Shown here one piece after another: positions 25,423-38,650 of a DNA stretch of 64,000 nucleotides. The notes under the pieces were generated by a model, which saw only the letters and a program-made list of their open reading frames with translations, had not been told where the DNA came from and did not search any database. Where the stretch lies: contig OX597818.1 of NCBI GenBank assembly GCA_951406725.2, positions 78,864,001 through 78,928,000 on the forward strand. Reading direction: 5' to 3'. The position numbers and the translations under genes are program-made. This DNA comes from Octopus vulgaris. Taxonomy: Eukaryota. Each line of letters opens with the position of its first letter. The stretch's first letter is position 1.

Positions 25423-26868
25423 TCATCCCTGTCAGGTAAAATCTCAGCCATCAGGAAACCTTCACTAATCCTTTTTTGACGTTATTATTTCACGTTTGAT
25501 AAAAATCTTACCTACGAGGTAACTTTTTCACATTAGAGTATCACGTCAGTATTTCACGCTTGTGTTTAATGTGTTTCACGTTCGAAAAACATCTCACCTT
25601 CTAGGAAACTTACATCAGGTGTTGCTTCGGATTAGTGCTTCACGTTTGGTTTTTCACGTTAGTGCTTCACGTTAGATAAAATATCTCCTATTAGATTTTT
25701 TTCAGTTATTAGATTCATATTATACCCTAAATTCAAAACTTAATGGGTTAGGCTTCACTTATTCTTAAGTCTATACATTTGAATTGCAGCCAAGCACCAA
25801 GATAGATTCAATCTACTCTGCTATTTCCTACCATTTTTGGTTTTGTACCAAATTCAGAAATTTAATGTTAAATTTGAAACACGAAATGCCTGAAAGTTTA
25901 GAAATGCCTCACATTTAATAGAGCTGAATGAATTACAAGCAGTTTTGGTATTTAACCAATACTTGTTTTACCCAACTCTACACGCTAAAATACAATGTCA
26001 AAACAGTAGGATAAATCTAAGTACTTTATATTTTCTGTAGTTTTATTATTATAATGCTTTCTAATGTAGCGAACTGGCAGAATCATGCTATACAAGACAA
26101 AATGCTTCCAGTTTTACGTTCTGAGTTCAAATGTTACCGAGACCGACTTCACTTTTCATCCATTTCGGGGTTCATAAACTAAGTACCAGTCGAACACTGA
26201 AATCGATGTAACCGAATAGCTCTCTCTCCTAACTTTCAGCCATTGTGTCTATAGTAGAAACATCTTAATGTCTTTTTTTCTATAGGACAAGTTCAGTAAT
26301 ATGGAGGGTAGGAACAGGCGATCGTATCAACTCCAGTTTATGTTATTCACTCCGGAGAGAAGAACGGTAAATTCAGTGAGATTTCAAATCAGAATGTAAA
26401 GAAGCGTGAATAAATAACCGGAATGCCATTTTACCCGCTACTGTAACGATTCCAACAATACATCGAAAATCTGGCCACAAGGCAGCTCCTTTTTGGGAGC
26501 GTGAATATTCGATAGCTGCACCCCTGGATTTTCATTAAGACTCATTTTATGGTGCTTAGAAGAAATAAAGATTAAACTGATCCCGGTAGAATTCGAACAG
26601 GGAACTTTGCAGAGGCGAAACTTCTTACTGTAAAGCTTTCAAGCCACAATCAATTTTGTCCACCTCTCTGCTTATTCCATCACCAGATCTTGAGTTTAAA
26701 GGGTCTCGAAAGAATGAAAGACGGAATTAGCCCTAGTGGACTTTGAATGTAGGATTTTCAGAGATAAAATTACATAGCACAAAACCTTTGACCGACAAGG
26801 AAATTTGCCTGTCTCTCTACTTATTCTGCCGCCATTCACAATCCTCTTTAAAAGTTACAAGGAAATAC

Positions 26869-27023
26869 CTTCGTGACATCTGATATAGAATTCATAATTG
26901 GTGGATGTAGCATTGGTCCATTGTATATTACAATCCGTTAAAACAGATTCGTTTCCATGGCACTTCATTGAATTTATTGCTAATCGCTTCCCAGAACTGC
27001 CATAACCAGAATAAGAAGAACAC
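26869..27023 (-). CDS. Multi-SRCR protein exon: domain 4, C-terminal half
   Basis: cacAG/GTATTT. CSSYSGYGSSGKRLAINSMKCHGNESVLTDCNIQWTNATSTNYEFYIRCHE. Confidence 0.88.
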
Positions 27024-28311
27024 CTGTGAGATAAACATATGTAAAATACTTTAATATCAGAAATTGTTGATTACTAAAGAAGAAAAAAGAAATATTTGAG
27101 CTCTTAATATGCAAACATCTTGGCTTAAGGGATATCAGACAACATTCTACCTCTATCATCATTATGAATCCTTGGACATTACTGTTTCGATTCCTAGGGT
27201 GGTTATCTGATTTTCTTGGTGTCACCAAGATCACAGCATTCCTCCTTAATAGCAGACCACTCTGTCGCAAAGGCACTCATTTTGATTTCAGTCGACTGAA
27301 GCAACGTTAAATAAAGTATTTTTCTAAAAGAACACAACTCACCGTTCGATTCGGGACTTGAAACCGCAATCTTGTGATTGTGAGTGCAATAATCTAATTA
27401 CTAGGCCATTCGCCTTCAGTATTCTACCTTTAACAGTTCATTAGTTCCTATCTAAGATACTACAATCCATATTCATTTCACATCCGTCCAAATCTAAACA
27501 TTAAGATACTAGTTTAAATCAGTCCATTCAAAATTAACTAGAGTTTGCACTCCAGATTCAGCAAGTTTTGGCGTGATGCCAGAAAGGATAGAATTCTAGA
27601 CTAAATGCTCTGTGATATTTGGTATATATCATCCTTCGTAACTTAAGTGACCCGATAATATACTGCTGTGTATTCATGACACTTTTTGATAACTTAATTA
27701 GAGGAGGAAAAGAAACACACACGATCTTTTTGCAATGTCTCGGAAACATAGGAGAAGAAACCACAGTCTTAACTACGTGAAAGATGGGGGATTAAATACT
27801 ATTTCTTACAAAGGTTATCATTGTGACCCATAAAAATAAATAATTATACATTTATAAAAGTATATAGAAGTGACAAACCAAATGCTGGCAATTTCAGGTC
27901 ATCTAAAGGCAATAAAATATTTGTAGTTTGGTTTGATGCTTCGATGAACTTGTGTGCAGTGCACGACCCTACTGCTTATTGATTGTAAAGTACTAAGTGG
28001 TATCTCAAATAAAAGCACAATCAGAGTTGCTGTTGTGCCGACAATTAAAAGTCATTGTTTAGAGTATTACGAGGTTGATTTCGAATTTCTAATGCATTTG
28101 TCAATGTTCTGGGCAAATATATCTTCTATCCTTCACAAGTTTCAATCATTAAACTGCGACAATGCCGGTGCACCACCTTCAAGGATTTAGTAGAAGAAAT
28201 CGAGTAGAGTATTTATATTTTTGTTCAACCGCTCGGTTACGAAGACGTAAACAAATTGAAACCGGTTGTCAAGTGGTGGTGGTGAACAAACACAAGGACA
28301 CAAATACACAA

Positions 28312-28379
<68 letters not shown>

Positions 28380-28438
28380 ACACACACACATATACACACA
28401 TGTATAGCGAGCATTTTAACCACATAGCAATACAGCAA

Positions 28439-29131
28439 TCTTTATATATATAAAACTGAGAATGTGTGTCTGTCTGTCTGTCTGTGTGTTTCCCTAAAAC
28501 TTGAGAACTACACAACCAATTTCATTCAAATTTTACACATGCCTTACTTAGGGTCTATGTAGTTTCATGGGAAAAAAAAGTGTTCAACTTCTTGCCTAGA
28601 GCGAGCCCATAGCAATATCATATCTTCTCCACTATTTCAGTATTACGTGTTAAAAGTGAAACAAATATATTTCTCTATTTTATGTCAGATGCTTTCACTT
28701 TAACAATAATAATAATAATAACAATTGAATTATATATAGTAAGTAATAATTAAAATCAAACTAAAGTATAATATAATCGTAACATACAAAGGTAAAAATA
28801 GCAATTGGTATAAAATTGCATCAATGATTTGAACTTGAATAAGTGGTTTCACATGAATGGGAATAAATTAAAAATAAAATTAGCGTGCAGAAATGGAATA
28901 GTCCAGATGGATAATAAAAAATTAAATTAAAGAAAAGACTATTGTCTATAAAGTATACAATGTAGAGTATTGTTATCACTAGCGATATCAAGATATAACT
29001 TTGTATTTTGCATTTTATGTGTAGATGTATATATATAGATGTACATGTAATATGTAATATGTACACATATATATACACATATATACATGCACTAGCACTA
29101 TGACCCGGCAACGACGAGTCTTTAATGCTAG
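28439..29131 (+). mobile_element. Non-autonomous Helitron
   Basis: A|TCTTTATATATATAAAACTGAG 5' end. 3' imperfect hairpin GACCCGGCAACGACGAGTC, then CTAG|T. Confidence 0.8.
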
Positions 29132-29275
29132 TACTTATTAATGTTCCCAGTCACACAGGAGAAGTAAATAGACCAGATCATCTATAATGGCTACATATAA
29201 TTATCGAGTTCGGAAGTGGAGAGAGAAGAAATGTTGATATTTCATATTTAGTCTATTTTATCAAGAAATTATTCT

Positions 29276-29466
29276 ATATTCTGTTGTGTCTGGGGAGAGT
29301 CATTCTCTTTTAGTGCCTTATTATTTAACACACTCACCGGTAAAATTTCCACTTATTTCTTATTTTTAGAAAATAAAAATAAGAAATAAGTGGAAATTTT
29401 ACCGGTGAGTGTGTTAAATAATAAAGCACTAAAGGAGAATGACTCTCCCCAGGCACAACAGAATAT
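29276..29466. repeat. ~190-bp near-perfect palindrome (foldback insertion)
   Basis: Arms of ~92 bp with a short loop near 29368-29375. TATTCTATATT repeated at 29270-29280 and 29522-29532. Confidence 0.75.
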
Positions 29467-29657
29467 GCTTCGATACACGAACTCATATAAAGAATCTTGC
29501 AAACCAAATCCAAAAACGAAATATTCTATATTAGAAATAGATATATAATTATGTTGAGCGTTGTTCGAAATTGTCTTTAGATAGCAGCAACATGAGGAAA
29601 GATCTTGCTTTTGAATTATAGTATTTTAATTATTACAGAAGATGAATTATTACTTAC

Positions 29658-29778
29658 GTATTTCCTAACATTCTACAGATGACCGAGCACTCATTTCTAG
29701 TGGCAGTTCCTTTAATACGTCCCCAAATTCCATCGTATTGGACTTCAACTCTACCACTGGAAGGAAATCTAACTTTTA
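29658..29778 (-). CDS. Multi-SRCR protein exon: domain 4, N-terminal half
   Basis: cccAG/GTAAG. VKVRFPSSGRVEVQYDGIWGRIKGTATRNECSVICRMLGN. Confidence 0.9.
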
Positions 29779-30004
29779 CTGGGACAAAGAAGAGATAAAA
29801 TGAAATTAATACTTGCAATTAGATCAATGAAATTAAATATATATATATATCTTAGAAAATATATGGTTTACAATAAATGGCCAGAAAAATACCTGAAATA
29901 TTTCGTTTAAAATTTAGTAAATTTATTTAAATTATGGAAATTTGACGATGATGTTTCATTGTGAGATATTAGTGAAACTATACGCATTAAACTCTCAACA
30001 ATAT

Positions 30005-30613
30005 ATGGCTGTGTGGAAAGAAGATTGATTCCCAACAAAATGGTTCCGGGTTCAACCCTACTGTGTGGCACCTTGGGCAGGTGACTTCTACTATAACCTC
30101 GAGCCAACTAAAGTCTTGTGATTGGATTTGGTAGACGGACACTGAAAGAAGTATGTATGTATGTATGTATGTATGTATGTATGTATGTATGTATGTATGT
30201 ATGTATGTATGTATGTATGTATGTATGTATGTATGTATGTATGTATGTATGTATGTATGTATGTATGTATGTATGTATGTATGTATGTATGTATGTATGT
30301 ATGTATGTATGTATGTATGTATGCATGTATGCATGTATGTATGTATGTATGTATGTATGTATGTATGTATGTACGTACGTACGTACGTACGTACGTGTGT
30401 GTGTGTGTACGTATGTGTGTGTGTTTGTGTTTGTGTATGTGCGCACACGCGTGTTTGTCCTCCCCCATCACCGCTTAACAACCGATTCGGCAAAAGCGGC
30501 CGAGAGAATGTGCTAAGCTTTAGAAAATAAGCCCTGGTGTCAATTTGTTTGACGAAAGCCCTTGAAGGCGGAGATCCAGCATAGCCGCAATCGAATGATT
30601 GAAACAAGTAAAA

Positions 30614-30615
<2 letters not shown>
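30005..30615 (+). mobile_element. SINE family A copy with expanded (ATGT)n
   Basis: Family A head and tail around a ~250-bp tetranucleotide array. Confidence 0.8.
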
Positions 30616-30648
<33 letters not shown>

Positions 30649-30677
30649 TAATATATATATATATATATATATTTATA

Positions 30678-33100
30678 GGCGCAGGAGTGGCTGTGTGGTA
30701 AGTAGCTTGCTTATTTCCGGTTACCCAGAATGCAACACTAGTTGGTCCCGAGTGTTACAGTGAAAAGACGCAAGTTCTGGCTCCGTGAATAGAAAAAAAG
30801 AATAAAAAGAAAAATTGTGAATTGTGGCTCGCTATAGCGAGCAAAAATATTGTGTTCGCATCACCATAACGGTGAATTGAGAATTTTTTTTGGAAAATTC
30901 TTTGGTGTGGCATTTTTTCGCCAAATAATTTGTAAATTCTAGAGGGCGTATCTCGCTAGAAAAAGCGGAATTTACCTAACTGGAGTACTTTACTTCAAGA
31001 ATAACCCCGACTATTGGATTACCTGTCGGAGTATTATACAAAGGATTCCCTGTCTGTTCTATTTGTGAGGTTTTCTTCTATTTTCCCCTTCTTCCATTTT
31101 TTCTTACTTTCTAAATTTTGGTTCATTCTTTTCATCATTTTAATTTCAGTTTCCTTTCCTTCTCTTTTATTTTGTTTTACTTCTATTTTCATTCGGTTTT
31201 AATTTCTTGGCGGACTGTTTTTTGAACTACTTTTGAACTGTTTTTGGACATGGCAGAGAAGGAACTTAAAAAGAAGAACTCTGTCTTGGAGTGGGAAATT
31301 AACCCGCCTAAGCAGTGATTAAAAGATATGGAGGAGAAGACGGTGATGGTTAGAACTTATTCTAAAGTTCTCGATTCCATCAGCGTCTTCCCAAAACCAG
31401 TTAGAGAAAATGAACTGAAAGACTATTTGTCTTCTGTGAAATACATATCCCGTGGTGTCAAACATGCAACTGTATGGTTGTTGTTTGACAACCGAGAAAA
31501 GGCTCGCAATTTTGCGAGTCTGCCTTTAGAGGGCAACGACATTCTGTTCCTCCCGCCGTACTGCGGGAGGAAATTAATAAGAGCTTGGGTATGTGGGTCA
31601 GCCCCAGGCACCGAGGCGGGTTGGATTGAAGATACCATCCAACGGAGACTGGAGGATAGCGGACCCAGGCTCTTAAATGTAAGGGTATTGCCGGCGGTCA
31701 ATTGGGAAGCGTCAAAAGCGATTTTGACCCTGTGGACCCCATCGGCCGCAACAGATCTGGTTTTTCCAGATTTTTAAAAATGGCTGACTGCAGGTATCCG
31801 GTGATACTTGAGGGACGTCACGCCAAGTGTCACTCGTGCCTGCAGCCAGTCCACATTATAAAGAACTGCCCTCAGGACCATGGTAAGGTCATGGAACAGT
31901 CACTGGATGCCACCTCCTCTATCCGATCAAAGGGAGAGGTGGATGTGAGCCTCCTCAACCCAAAAAGGATTAAAAAGGAAGAAAGCGGGCAACAATAGCT
32001 GCCCGCTGAAGAACCCTAAGGCTTCAGGAGGTGGGGGAGAGACTCCGGACAAAGCGGAAGAGCTCCTCAGTCCCGAGGTCAGGAAGAAAAGAAAAAAAGA
32101 AAGAAGAACGGGTCATCGCAGGCGGGAGATAATGTGGCGTCTGCGTGTCCCGAAGTTGTGCCACCCATGGTGGAAGAAACGAGCCCCATCCTTAAAGATG
32201 ATGAATTAATTATCTTTTTCTACAAGGGCGGGGAGGTGGAAAAATAGTAGAAGAACATAAAGAGACAGTAGATATACCCTTCACACGGGATCCCGAATGG
32301 CTTCCGCAGATAGCTATGGAGGTCATAAGGTTTCCTTTGTGGGAAAGGCTTAAAGGAATTTGGGAGGAGTGTCGCATATGACAGGGTGGCCCTTACACGA
32401 CTTACATGTCCTACATGAGTGAGGCATGGGAAATGGTGGGATACAGGAACTCAAGCGGCATTGAAGATAATGATGAATATATCGACGGATATATCGATGA
32501 GTAGGAGGTGAAAAAGCCTCGTTAGAGGGTTTGAAACCTCATCTTATTGTATTATTTGTAGTGGTTTATAACCTCAATTGTGTGTTTAAAAAAACATGTT
32601 AAGTAAGAGGTTTTGGTGCCTCCTTCTTGTAAGAGGTTTGAAACCTCATTGATTTTTTAAAAAAGAAAATATGTTTTCGAGAAAAATCCAGTCGCCGGGT
32701 GTTGGGTTTCGTCTCTCATTTATTCATTTTATATCATTTTCATTCATTAATGTGTTTGTCCAGCCCGCAAAGCTACACAATCGTTGTACTGTCTATATGA
32801 CAAATTTTATGAAATAAAGTAGCTTGCTTACCAACCACATGGTTCCGGGTTCAGTCTTGGGCAAGTGTCTTCTACTATAGCCTCGGGCCAACCAAAACCT
32901 TGTGAGTGGATTTGGTAGACGGAAACTGAAAGAAACCCGTCATATATATGTATATGTATATATATGCTGGTGTGTTTACGTCCTCGTAACTTAGCGATTC
33001 GGCAAAAGAGACCGATAGAATAAGTACTAGGCTTACAAAGAATAAGTCCTGGGGTCAATTTACTCGCAGTCAAATGATTGAAAGAAGTAAAAGAGTAAAA
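30678..33100 (+). mobile_element. SINE family A copy split by a 2.1-kb insertion
   Basis: Head GGCGCAGGAGTGGCTGTGTGGTAAGTAGCTTGCTTA at 30678-30713. The SINE resumes AAGTAGCTTGCTTACCAACCACATGG at 32817. Confidence 0.85.
30714..32816 (+). mobile_element. ORF1-only non-LTR-type retroelement (gag-like CCHC zinc knuckle, no RT)
   Basis: 14-bp TSD AAGTAGCTTGCTTA. Disrupted ORF from ATG ~31250 to TAG 32502-32504 with CHSCLQPVHIIKNC (CX2CX4HX4C). Ends in GAAATAAA overlapping the TSD. Confidence 0.75.
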
Positions 33101-33386
33101 GATAGTAAAAAAAAGGATATACATACATATATGTACATACCTACATATATGTATGTATATACTCTTTCGAAAAAATATTCGTTTTCCATGTTTTTGTTTT
33201 TTATGTTCTCGTTTTTCATTTTGTTTACGTTTTTGACGTTCTGTATCCATATATGCATGTATATATACATATATATGTAGGTATGTACATATATATATGT
33301 ATATATGCATATATATTTTTTATTTATTTATTTATTTATTTTATAATATGGCCGAACGCCATGCTTCCATTTCCAAGTAAGTTTTA

Positions 33387-33425
<39 letters not shown>

Positions 33426-33428
33426 ATA

Positions 33429-33472
<44 letters not shown>

Positions 33473-34639
33473 CATACACAAACACACATATGGGGTTTTT
33501 ATTAAATTAAAAACTAGTTAATAATGGTAGAAAAGCAGTTTTAAAATAGACCTAACTGAAAAAAAATTTTAATAAGTGCTTTTCACGGTTCTCAGTTTTT
33601 CAAATACACGTGATGTAAACCACTCTGTCCATTTTAGTTACAGATTATATAATTTATTTCTTTAACCATTTTATTCCATTACTTATCGCAATTTAACCTC
33701 ATGAAAATTTAAATCTACCTAATGAAATATAGCCAAAAATTCATGTCAATTCCAAATCCTGATACACCATATATGCTAAAACACACTGAGGTATTTTGTA
33801 GGTAATTTCGTTCATGGAAGTTCTTTTGTTGCGGATTCATAGTCTTGGGTGAGTGTTAAACTTGATATTGACATCATATGGACAACACATATTTCACACA
33901 TTGTACAAATGATGTAGCGTTTACAGTGATATTGTAGAAAATAAAGTTTGAAATTTTTCGAAGAAATCACTAACAATGTGACTGAAAAAAAAAGGCGGTT
34001 AAATTTCAATGACAGAACTTCTCTGAGTAAGATGATTTGAAAGAATGTTTATGAGTAAGAAACTGGTTGTTAGCGGTAAATGTGAAACTAGCTTTAAAAA
34101 ATCTGTCCGGGAGTACTACAATCATTATAAAGCTATATTACGTTCGCATTTTCAAAATTGTGAGGCGGTACATAGTGATTCGATGTGTTATAAATAGCAG
34201 CCAAAATACCCTCAAATCATCACGACAATTCTACAAAGATTTAAGAGAAAGTAAGGATATGTGTACTGAATACATTATACCTGAAAATATAATAGAATAG
34301 AGATACTTAGGAAAGAATTGGTCACAAGCATGCTCAACAATACCGGTAAGCAGATAAACAATATAGGACGAAAATATTTGTATTTTCTTAGTATCTTTAA
34401 TTATATTTATATAGTTGATATGAAAATATGTTTTCTATAAAAAAATAGTTCACCGTAGTATTTATATTTTAAGTATATACCTAATGGTGATATTATTACC
34501 GGCCTTCATGATTGTAAAGAATCCGTTTCCCAAATAGAAACCGCGGATATAAGAAATTGGAGCTGAAGATTGAATGTTAAGCTAATGTTTGCAACATGTA
34601 AGTATTGTATTAATGATGATACGAAAACATTCCACTCAC

Positions 34640-34809
34640 CATTGAAGCATCTAACTCCAACTAATTCAGATGCTAGACACGTTTGTTGGTCAACAAGATT
34701 GTGTTTACAATCACTGATCGATTTTGATTGCAATGTACAGGTTATATTTTTCATCCATGTTTTAGTAATCGAGCTTGGAAAGTTGCGGCCTGGCACTGAA
34801 ATTCCAGTT
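34640..34809 (-). CDS. Multi-SRCR protein exon: domain 3, C-terminal half
   Basis: ttcAG/GTGAG. TGISVPGRNFPSSITKTWMKNITCTLQSKSISDCKHNLVDQQTCLASELVGVRCFN. Confidence 0.88.
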
Positions 34810-34877
34810 CTGAAAAGAATACGCGTTTATTGTCAGTCATTCACTCAACGTTAAATAATATCCAATAGCACATATAA

Positions 34878-34928
<51 letters not shown>

Positions 34929-34984
34929 ATATATGATATATGTATGTATGTATATATATATAGATATATGTATGTATGGATATA

Positions 34985-35017
<33 letters not shown>

Positions 35018-35049
35018 ATATATATAATAGATATATGTATGTATGGATA

Positions 35050-36250
<1,201 letters not shown>

Positions 36251-36542
36251 GTGACTCTTCGTAGCCGTAAGTGGTGAACGTGCTCCCAAGGCAAGATACT
36301 CGAGACAAACCCAATGCAAGGTTTGGATACTACATTTTACAGTCTCCTCTCTAAATTTTAATTCCAAATATGACCTATACACACATACACACAGATGCAT
36401 ATACACCTGTATACATACATACATACATACATACATACATACATACATACATACATACATACATACATGCATACATACATACATACATATATACATATAT
36501 ACATACGTACATACACACACACACATATATATATATATACAT

Positions 36543-36618
<76 letters not shown>

Positions 36619-36621
<3 letters not shown>

Positions 36622-38582
36622 AAGGAGACATAGACGATGACTACAACTCACTGATAGGGAAACTGAAGGAGTGTTTAAGGAAGGCTAAGTATGCCCAAGA
36701 GAAAAGAAGGGAAGAATCTCGGAAGAAACTACGAAGTTACTCGAGAAGAGGAAAAATATGAAGAGGACTATTGAAGATCACCTTGAATATTCCATTCTCA
36801 GCAGAGTGATTCGTCACCAACTAAAGAAAGACTTTGAGGCATACCGGATGGAGAAGCTCTTGAAAGCCGCAGAGGAAAAGAAGAGCCTCAAGAAATGCAA
36901 GAGGGACATGGTACTATATAGATCGGAGGTGAGGGCCCTGAAAAATACAGATGGAATACCGGTCAACGAGAAGAGCGAGATGGAAAAAGTTTGTGAAGAC
37001 TTCCACACCAAGCTCTTTAATTCTACCAGAAATGTCCAGCCGTTACCACCACTCCAACAGGAAGAAAACGTGCCACCTATCCTTGTTAGTGAGGTTGAAA
37101 GAACCATCGGCCCGATGAAAAACGGAAAGGCTCCAGGGAAAGACGGTATAACATCGGAGGTGCTAAAGTCAGGCAGAGAGCAGCTCTGGAAAATCCTCAC
37201 TGAGCGATTTACGCACTATCCAGACGAGGGAAGAATTCCCTCGCAGTGGAAAGAGTCAAATACCTTCCTGCTGTATAAGAAGGGCGACAGAGAAGGTCTA
37301 AAGAACTACCGACCCATATGCTTGCTGTCTCACGTGTACAAGCTGTTCACGAAGATAATTCTGAACAGGTTGTCACGTCGTCTCGACGAACAACAACCGA
37401 AGGAACAAGCAGGCTTGCGGAAGAACTACAGCACAATGGACCATATATTTACTCTAACGCAACTGCTTGAGCGAGCAAATGAGTACAAGCTGCCTCTTTG
37501 CGTTGCGTTTATAGATTATGAGAAGGCCTTCGATAGCGTCGAAACCAACGCAGTGCTGAACTCGCTGCAGAGGCAAGGAATCGAAGCGCAATATGTGCAG
37601 CTGCTCAGAGAAGCAAATTCCGGATGCACCACCGACATAGCTCTACTGTCATCACCCATACGAGTGCCGGTCGAGAAGGGAGTGAAGCAAGGAGATACAA
37701 TCTCCCCAAAACTTTTCACTGCATGTCTCGAACAGATCATCAGAGGCATCGACTGGCAAGGTGGTGTCAACATCAATGGCGAGCTCCTCACTCACCTCCG
37801 TTTCGCTGACGACATCGTACTCATCACTGAAAATATGGATCAGCTTCAGACCATGCTGACGGAGCTCGATATCAAAAGTTCTGCAGTAGGTCTCAAGATG
37901 AACCGCATGAAAACAAAGTTCATGCGGTCAGACAATGTACCAATAGGTCGAATGGTGATCGGCAGTGATGAAATAGAGGAGGTGAGGGAATATGTCTACC
38001 TAGGACAGGAAGTAAATATGTGCCGGAATATCAAAAAGGAGATCTCACGGAGAGTAAGGGCCGGATGGAAGGCGTTCAATGGCATAAGGGATGTGCTCAA
38101 GGGAAGGTTGGACAGGACACCCGCGCCAACCTCATTAACAGTGCAGTTCTGCCTGCAATGTTATATGGTAGTGAAACATGGGCTGCCACAAAGAGAGAAG
38201 AGCAAAGACTGGTAACGGCTCGAAGAGCCATGGAAAGGTCAATGCTTGGTATCTCGTTGAGAGAGCACATAAGTAGCAAGATCAACAGAAAGAAGTCCGG
38301 CGTGAGAGATGTCATCGCAGAGTATACACGCAGCAAGTATAGATGGGCTGTACACGTCGCCCGGCTAACCGATAATCGGTGGACGCACGCAGCTGTCGAG
38401 TGGTACCCGAGTGAGCGGAAAATACCACCCGGAAGACCTCCACGACGGTGGAGTTACGATTTCAGGGGGACAATTGGGATCACGTGGATGAGAAAGGCGC
38501 GATCCAGAGAGGAGTGGACCGCGTGCTGTGACCAGCGGTGTCAAATGGACGCCTGACGGACTGGTCGGTCAAGGTGATCAAG

Positions 38583-38587
<5 letters not shown>
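36619..38587 (+). mobile_element. 5'-truncated RTE-clade LINE, near-intact RT
   Basis: 485-aa ORF 36758-38215 (NYRPICLL, FIDYEKAFDSV, GVKQGDTISPKLF, LRFADDIVL); one frameshift into 38020-38556 (LYGSETW, GRPPRRW); CAAGGTGAT tail repeat; inserted in (TA)n. Confidence 0.93.

Positions 38588-38644
<57 letters not shown>

Positions 38645-38650
<6 letters not shown>

Noticed and set aside
25020-25700. Loosely recurring TTTCACGTT-containing units
   Set aside because: Irregular spacing and low identity; cannot be distinguished from a decayed minisatellite.
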